DNA from: the human T2T-CHM13v2.0 reference genome, Homo sapiens
Length of the DNA stretch: 64,000 bases
Assembly: GCF_009914755.1 (NCBI RefSeq)
Contig: NC_060928.1
Reading direction: 5' to 3' (one strand)
Of the stretch, positions 54,476 to 64,000 are shown in pieces (positions within the stretch are counted from its first letter, which is position 1; the number at the start of each line of letters is the position of its first letter). The position numbers were made by a program, and so were the translations under genes. Below the pieces are notes generated by a model that was given only the letters and a program-made list of their open reading frames with translations, made no database searches and was not told where the DNA came from.

Positions 54476-55978
54476 GGCTGCTGGACAGAGACTTTCCAGG
54501 CAAAATAGACCACGATTAGGGACACAAGTGACCATGGAAGGCTGCACGCTTCTTTATGACTGTGGCTATTCTAGTCAGAGAAGGGGACAGAGACTTAAAG
54601 AGTATTTGGAACCAGGTGAAAAGGTTCATGCCCAAATTTTATGGTGTCCAGCCATGTGTCATGATAGCAACAAAATTCTCGATATTTCTATGAGCAATAT
54701 CAGTCGGTCTCTTTTCCACATTGTTAGGAGATCCCAACGGGCCACAGCTATGGAAAAGCAGGGAGAAGGGAGGTCCAGCAATGGTAATTCATGTTTGTTT
54801 CCCTTAATTAGGTGGTGGCTTTATATCCCAGTGTCCTGTATTTTAAGGGACATATGTTGGGACTTAATTAATACTGAGGAGGAAAACAATTTTTCAAATC
54901 CTTTGTGTACAAAGAGAAATCAAGCAACTTTGGCAAGCTTCAGTAACTATTTCTAGAGACCAGAGTATTAGCAAGTTTATAAAATATTGTGTGCCAGTAG
55001 GTTCAAAAGTATTATTAAAATTCTCTGAATTATTGAATTTTGACAAATTCCATGTGTGAAAATATATCAAAAGGTACATATAAGGAAGGTCTCATGTCCT
55101 AAAGTTGGAGAAACCGGACAAATGAAAACTTTATAAAAGCAGAAATAATGCAGGATTAAATGCCAATTCACTAAAACAGACCATCTACACTGACAGAGTT
55201 CAGAAGGAGGAGAAACGGTGGCGGGAATAGCAGTATGGATGGAAAGGAGTCAGCATCCAGGCTGACCTTGAAGAGACATTGGGACATACACCAGTGGGTG
55301 TCAGTAGGAAAGTCAGGACAGGCAGGGGAGCAGCAGGCACAGAGGATGGGGTTCAGAGATGGCCTTGATTCCAGAACTGACCAACTACACCCACCTGTTC
55401 CAAAAATAAACACCTAGTGTGTTCTTTCTGTCTGAGAGACACTGTGGGAAGAGGTGTGAGGGAAGAAAATGTTTGAGAAGGAGAATTCATGCTTATGGCT
55501 CTCTTCAAAGCACCAGACCCCATGCTAATCACTTTACCCTTGAGTTCCTACTCCAGAAGTCTGTAGTGAAACAAACACAAAGCATACCAATAACTACAGC
55601 ACTGGGTAAAGGAGGAGAGTTGCTGTATGAGAGTCATAATGTTAGAAAACTCCAAGCACAGAGATGCTCCTCAAGCTAGGAGAAATAAGGAAAACTCAAC
55701 AGAGGAGGAGGCACGATTGTCAGGACTGAAACTCGTGTGGGATTGAAGACGGAGTGATGTCCCCAAAGAGAGAGATGTCCCAAAAGAGAGAGATAGAGCC
55801 AGACTCAATGGGCTTTAAATATAATAGAATGGGCTTAAATGATTTTCTGTGTTCAGTGAGGGGCATTAGAGATGTAAAGCAGTAGAGCAGAGGTATGGAA
55901 GTTACGTTTTCTGGATGGTAATTGGGTGCTGAGGAGCAGAATAAATCTGTTGGAGAGCCTTCCTTCAGGCAAACGAGG

Positions 55979-56333
55979 TGTATTATTCTGTTCTCATGCT
56001 GCTAATAAAGACATACTTGAGACTGGGTAATTTTAAAGGAAAGAGGTTTAATGGACTCACAGTTCCACATGGCTGGGGAGGCCTCATAATCATGGCAGAA
56101 GGCAAAGGAGAAGCAAAGTCACACCTTACATGGTGGCAGACGAGAGAGCTTGTGCAGGGGAACTCACATCTATAAAACCATTAGGTTTCGTGAGACTTAT
56201 TCACTACCATGAGAACAGTATGGAGGAAACCACCCCCACGATTCAATTATCTCCACCTGGCCCTGCCTTTGACATGTGGGGATTATTATAATTCAAGGTG
56301 GGATTTGGGTGGGCACACAGCCAAACCATATCA
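55979..56333 (-). mobile_element. THE1 (THE1C-like) MaLR solo LTR
   Basis: Complete 355-bp LTR; minus strand begins TGATATGGTTTGGCTGTGTG; 5-bp TSD CGAGG / CCAGG. Confidence 0.93.
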
Positions 56334-57124
56334 CCAGGAAAGAAATCTACTGGAGTGAAAGGAAAGATCTGGCCCTGGGTAGTGGCCTAGGAAAGAGCTC
56401 CTGCAATGTGATATTAAAAAAGCAGAATTTTGGGCTTGAGTTTCATATAAGGGTCACTAACTAGATTGTAAATTTGGGCAACTCTTTCTTCCTCTTCAAC
56501 ATTTAATCTTTTCATTTGTAAAGAGAGAAATGAAGGACACTTAAGTAGTGAATTCTTCGGGAGATTGATAAATTACATGTGAGTAGTCTCTCTGCCTTTT
56601 ATTTGTCTCTAGTGTTTTTGATATGAGAAGGTCCACTAATATAAATAGTTCTTTTTTAATTAGGTTGATGAAAAATATGTGTACAGATATAATCTACTAA
56701 TCAATCTTTAAATTATTGAACTTTATTAATAGTTGGATAATCTGAGTGCAGCTATCACAAAAGCCTAAAGCTCAAAAGACCTGGAAGATCATCTGGTTTA
56801 ATTCCAGTTGTAGATTCAGATACTAAAGCCGTTGGAGGGTCAGTTACTAATCAAAGTCACATAAATGCAAATAGCCAATGAAAAAACTTAATTCAAAGTC
56901 CTCTGATTGGTGAGCCAAATATATTTTTCCCTGGGCAGGCTGTCTCTGCATAATATGTGTAGTATTTTTTTATTTTTTTTTCCATGTTTCAGAAGGTAGG
57001 TGATATGCATAGTATTTTTCAATGAAATGGATGCATTACATACCACCAGGCAAGGAGTTCTGACTTGACTCTGCCACGTTAGCAAATCTGCTTGTATGCT
57101 ACCCTAGGAAGACAGCAGAGTATC

Positions 57125-57300
57125 CGAGGATTTGGAAATGCAGTTGATTGGATTAATACCCTGGCTCTGCTACTTACGACCTTAAGCAGGTTATTAAAAC
57201 TCCGTTAAACTAAATTTACTCATTGATAAATGGTGAAAATAATGTTGAGCTTCCAAAGTTGTTGTAGAATCAAAAGAGAAAATGTAGGTAGGTTACCTAG
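57125..57300 (+). mobile_element. MIR SINE
   Basis: cctggctctgctacttac...gaccttaagcaggttatt...aaataat...gttgttgtagaatcaaa. Confidence 0.7.
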
Positions 57301-57649
57301 GGCCTCATCTGATAGCTTATTGCTGTTTATCAGGTTTTCTTCCTTTCTGTGTCATTTCCTGAGGAAGGCTGGTATTCATTTAGTTCTCTTCCAAAACTAT
57401 GACATTTGAGTGTATGACTCTAGTAAATGCTTACTATTGAATGAATGGCTCTTCCTGAACATGCTATGCTTTACTACAGCACTTTTCACAGCAGTGTCAT
57501 TCATCAACTTGCAGAAAAAATAAATGACTAAGTGAATAGATAAATAAATGAATAAAATAGATGAGTGACTAGAACTTAGCCCAAGACTGTAAAATTTCTT
57601 GTGTTTGTGAAAGTCTCACAGACCTTCTCCAGAATATGGAGGTAAAACC

Positions 57650-57835
57650 TAGAGGGGCTCAAGTCTTGTCAGATCCTAGGGACTCCTCAGGTTACATAAA
57701 TAGCTTCATGTGGTCTCAAAATTCTAAGCAAGTATTTGTAAAGCTGTGTGCATGCGAATATTTTAAAGGTAAAGATTCATAGCTCTCATTAGATTTTCAA
57801 AAGAGTTTGTAATACCCAAAATATTAAGAACTACT
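57650..57835. mobile_element. hAT-Charlie-like DNA transposon end
   Basis: cattagattttcaaaagagtttgtaatacccaaaatattaagaactact resembles a Charlie-type terminus; family uncertain. Confidence 0.45.
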
Positions 57836-58855
57836 ACCATAGGCCTGGCCCAAGACTCTATTCTACATACATTTCAATCTATGTAGTTCTGCCAGGCAAT
57901 ATATGGCCCTCCCAGCAAATAGCACCACAGTATTACACTTCAATGGAAGCCATGTTTTATTCGTCAATACCATCTCACAACAATTCACAATTATCCACAT
58001 AAATAGCTTACAGATCAGGAACTGTTTGGGAAAACCATTCTGATGTTTTTAAAGAGCTGTAGTTACATACTAAACATATGTAATACAGAAAGTGGTCTCA
58101 GGGAAAGAGTGAGAAAGCTGTAAATTCAAAGTATATGTTAAAACTCAATGTGAATATGTAGTTAAAATTCAATTAAACTTAAAATGCATATATAATTTGA
58201 AAGAAAGCTAAATAATGAGTGTAATTTATAAATACATGATAATTATCCTATGAGTTGTGAAATAATGGTACTTGGTAAATATGAGTAACAACGAATGTCA
58301 ACAAATATTTATAAAATTTCTATGGTGATTGAAGCTCCCTATATAAAATAATTTGCATTTAACAAATTTTCTGACCCAGCAAGTTGTAGCATATATTATA
58401 TTCCATTGAAGGAAGAAGTTTCCATTTTAGCAATAAGATTTTTTTCATCAATTAGAAGTTGCATCTTTCCATATAAATGTGAAATATAATCCTAATTTTC
58501 TTCATTAGCAACTCCTAACATGCTAATTTTCTTAATGTATGTATTCAGTATCTGAACAGTGATTTTTAAACCTGAAAATGTTTTATTATTGTGAGTTTTT
58601 AAATAAATAAAATACGATTGATATTGCAAGCAGGCTTGTCATGCCTGAACGCAGCACCATACTGTTTTACAGAATAAAGAAGATCTTGAACCATAGAAAT
58701 GTTTTGCTGTTGAAGGATACTACTGTTGATTCTAAGGACCCTCTATGAAATGGAAGGATCTTTAGAGGGTCTTCCATTCCTCCTTTTTTCAGTAAGGGCA
58801 CCCCAATCTTCCTTGGGAAAGCATGGCTATTCTACTGTCAATCTATGTAGTTCTG

Positions 58856-58986
58856 CTTAGCATGGTTGCACATGCTTGTAGCCCCAGCGACTTGAGAGGC
58901 CAAGGTAGGAGGATCACTAGACCCCAGGAGTTTGAAGCCAGCCTGGGAAACAGGGGGAGAACCCCATCTAGAAAAAAACACAAAAC
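58856..58986 (+). mobile_element. FLAM-type Alu monomer
   Basis: Single diverged monomer (gaggccaaggtaggaggatcact...ccaggagtttgaagccagcctggg) with A-rich tail; TSD CTATGTAGTTCTG at 58843-58855 and 58987-58999. Confidence 0.85.
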
Positions 58987-59484
58987 CTATGTAGTTCTGG
59001 TGAAGCTGATTCTACCCCTTACTTCAGGAGTGAATATTTGACCCAGTCCTGGTGAATCAGAGCATCACAAAGTCCCTGTGAGTTAGATTTCTGCCATTTG
59101 CAAGCAAAAGAGCAAACCTGCTACACTGGCCTATGTTCATTTTTCTTCTGGGATCATTTTGCCACTTCCATTCTGACATTACTAGTCCTCCTATTACTGT
59201 AGGAGGTGCTGGGTTGGTGCCGCATGTCATGTACATTTCAAGATGGGCCACTGCCTTTATTATTTGGTAAGAAAACATACATTCTAATTTTTATAATATT
59301 TATATAGTGCTTTATGGTTTACAAGGCCTTTCACATTAGAAACCCCTGTCTTGTACCCTTTTGCTTTCTCCTACCAAACTTTTCTTATAACCAACTCACA
59401 ATTATTGGAAACAGTTTAAGAAACGTGAATCTCAGAGGAACATGGTCATCATGGATTAAAAACAGAAGAATGGTCAATATATTT

Positions 59485-59700
59485 AATATTTATTGACTGC
59501 CCACTAACACCAAATTCTTTAAGTTTGTGGTTCTCATTTATACTGCTAGCATTTGTTCAAAGTCAATGTTATCGATCTATCTGGAGACACAGTTTAAAGA
59601 TATTACATAACTCAACCAAGATCACAAAGTAACTCAACCAAGATTGTTAAGTGGTAGAGTTGTGATAAAAACTCAGTTCTACCTGAGTCCAGAAACAGAT
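59485..59700 (-). mobile_element. MIR SINE with a small internal duplication
   Basis: atatttattgactgcc; taactcaaccaagatcaca...aagtggtagag; TAACTCAACCAAGAT at 59608 and 59630. Confidence 0.6.
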
Positions 59701-61257
59701 TGTTTAACCAATATGTTCAACTGCTGGCTCAGTCACAAAAGCAAAAACAAACAAATAAGAAACACATCATGCTCATGGAACTCCTTAAAGAAACACCAAT
59801 GGTAGTAATGTACTTTTCAAACTGGATGAATACATATGTTATCACAACAGATATGTTTAATTAATACTGACTTTATCCCTTCCAGTTTCTGATCCAACAA
59901 CTCAGATTTGGGGAACCAAGAACTGAAAATAAGAAAAGCCTTGCTCCATGATTTCAGTCTTAAAAAAAACTCAGCTGTAGAAAAGGTCCACTTTGAGAAA
60001 CGTAATCTATAATCAAATGGATAAAGGCATGAGAGTGAAAAATGAAGTTGTTAAGCTGAAGTGATGAGAACTGAAAAGGGTCAGAGATGCATGGAAATTG
60101 AAATGAACTAGATCTGTCTGTTAGGTGCTGTTTTTGTATACTACAGGCAGCAGATTTTGAGTCAAAGGTGAACCATGGATTCCGTACAGACTACTCAGGC
60201 TCACATGTGGAAATGAAATCTCAAGGAACAAGACACACACACACACAAAAACCTGCTTTAATAGATTTGTGGGGATGTTGGCCAGTCACTCTAACCATAG
60301 AGAAAAAAAGACTTTAGGAACTGCGTCTCTGGCACATGCTTCAGGATTCCTTCTAGAGATCAGGAGGTTACTCTGTTGGTAGGAAGAACACCAGAAAGGC
60401 ATCATCTTGCCAGGAAGACCTTGCTACTCTTTTGCTGTAAGCAGTTTATTCCTTGATCCACAAGAGACCACAATTATTCTTAACTTTTAAAACATAAACT
60501 TTGAGTTAAAGGAAAACTGGTTGAAAATATCCAATTTGAATTTTATAGCTTCAGAAAGTTGGATCATAATTGCTCTCTGAAAAGAGAGCTCATCAATTCA
60601 CCCTCCCTGTAGGAGATAGTCAGTGTCTGATCCATTAAGTTATCATCCTAAAGCAGGACATTTATCATAATTTATTCTAGGATATTCTAAATTTGCTCTG
60701 TTGATTACCATTGTGTAAACAATGTCTTCTGCGAGCTTGGGTTGCATGATTGAGCGTTGGAACTGGCACTGATTTGAAGTTACCATTTGCTAAAGAGCTT
60801 CTGGTTGTTCTATCAGTACAAACTCCAGGGATGTCTAACAAGGGACATAGTGGTTATGAAAAAAAAATGAGGCTCTTCCTCTATGTAATGTTAATGGGCC
60901 ACTTACTGAACTATATCTCTTTGGAGAGGCAAGTCTAAATGGTATGAGGTTAAAGAACATTAGAAAGTGGTTTGTGCATGTTCAACAACATGACTTTTCT
61001 CATTAAAAAAAGAAAAAAAAATCCTGCACCTAAGATATTTGTAGAAGTCAGCATTAAAAAGGTTTTTTTAAATAAATATCTTAAATGACAATGTACAGAG
61101 CAAAGTAATGGCAAGTTTTCTCATAACTATAGTAGAAGCTGTCCAAACTGGAAGGAAGGACTTATTTTTTAATTTGCTATATTTTTCTTAAGGAAAAATA
61201 TATATTCAAAAATGTATTTGACATTGGCTGAAGACACTGAGTATTTATTAAAATTAG

Positions 61258-62705
<1,448 letters not shown>

Positions 62706-64000
62706 GTCCTTTGTCATGGTGGAGTATAAACATAAGATTCACACAGGAGCCTAAAAGGACAGTAATAGAAAGCTACAGAAAGACAAAATGTCTGGGTCAC
62801 TAGAGCTTCTAGTGAATGCAAAATTAGGATTATTCCAATTTTCCACAAGGCCTAGGGCTTAGACTCACTCTACAGCTTCTGAGATGTTGCCATCGTTCCA
62901 TGCTCTCCAAGTATCTTCACTAAAAATTTACATTTCTTTGAAATTTTAAAAAACCTCATGCTCACCTTTTCATCTCAATGAAAAATTTGTCCTTGAGTAA
63001 GTTTATCTTCTTCCCTCCTTCTGACCTCAATCCAGTTCCACCCTATTACAAGATGATACTCGAGTTCTGTTTCAGAGGAGAAGGTTGAATCCATGTGGCC
63101 TAAAGTATACTTCTGGAAAGAGCTTCATACTTGCCTTCTATAAAATCAGCAAGCACAAAATGCTCAAATTGAGTGAGGGTTAATTGTAAATTTACCTCCT
63201 TAACCGTATATAAGAATAATTACTAGCTAAATACCTTATAGAAATTAAGAAAATAATATATTTTTGTGAGATATCATTAGACACAATTTATCAAAAGAGC
63301 TGGAGTCAGAAAGGGGTAAACAGAAAACAGAACACTACTTTATTCTTTCTTCAAACTTTCCCATTCAACCCACCCTATTCTAACCTATTGTATGAAATTC
63401 TTTAGTCATTTTCAGTGATTGAAAAGTCAAGCCATTCTACAAGGCAATTTGCCTGTTCTCTTCAAAAACTCAATATCATGATTAGTAACTTGAATAATGT
63501 ACTTAGTAGAAGAAACACGACTAACAGAGATTTTGAACTCCTAATGTTTAATAATTTAAAATATTGAAATGTGTATATGGCATTTATAAATATTTCTCAT
63601 TAAATAAACGTCTAATGGAAATATATAGGAATATAATACACAAATGTTTCAAACCCTACTATTTGCAACAAAGTGGGAAACTATAATACTAATAATACTT
63701 TCAATTTTTAGCCAGTTGGCAGAATTGGCAATTCTGGTACTGTTAACTCTTTATATAGTAAAACATTGGATCTATTGGAACCCTGCAAAGTCATTATTGT
63801 CACTATTTTAGAGACAGAGAAACTAATACCCAGAGAAGATAAGTAACTATCCCCAAAACAATACAAGATATGTAATGACCTCAAGCTCTTAAACAGGTGA
63901 GCAAATAGACCAAAGCTAGCAAAAGTTGTGAAGGAGAATGACTATATTTACTATTTTCTGATGTTTTTCCATATGCTATGGCATATATGTGGAAACTGAC

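Noticed and set aside
54375-54956. Longest ORF (193 aa, +)
   Set aside because: Starts inside the antisense MLT1A LTR, has no recognisable domain and no exon context; most likely a chance ORF.
58737-58778. Overlapping inverted repeats GACCCTCTA/TAGAGGGTC and ATGGAAG/CTTCCAT
   Set aside because: Stems of only 7-9 bp in what looks like a MIR3 remnant; expected by chance.
38725-59644. Short direct repeats (38725, 43501, 55756, 59608) as a possible CRISPR-like array
   Set aside because: Unrelated two-copy slippage duplications with no repeat-spacer periodicity, in primate nuclear DNA.

Overview
AT-rich primate (human-like) nuclear DNA that is intergenic or deep-intronic. I could not identify the locus. 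The window is dominated by interspersed repeats: seven full-length or near-full Alus and two FLAM-type monomers (most with readable target-site duplications), THE1 and MLT1 solo LTRs, old L1/L2/MIR fragments, and the DNA-transposon relics MER3 and MADE2. I found no supportable protein-coding gene, tRNA, rRNA or CRISPR array; the ORF track consists of repeat-derived or chance ORFs. The most notable unexplained structure is an old, diverged ~300-bp direct duplication at 61.26-62.70 kb. One copy was later interrupted by an Alu. It lies in a purine-skewed minus-strand segment with a plausible GT-AG intron, possibly a decayed gene or lncRNA. Other signals: two co-oriented CTCF-like motifs (one next to a Z-DNA-prone tract), a CpG-retaining POU-motif cluster at ~31.5-32.2 kb, and a perfect 34-bp palindrome overlapping a 22-bp tandem duplication. 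Repeat subfamilies and the boundaries of old repeats were assigned by eye and are approximate. I do not see convincing evidence of a new biological system.
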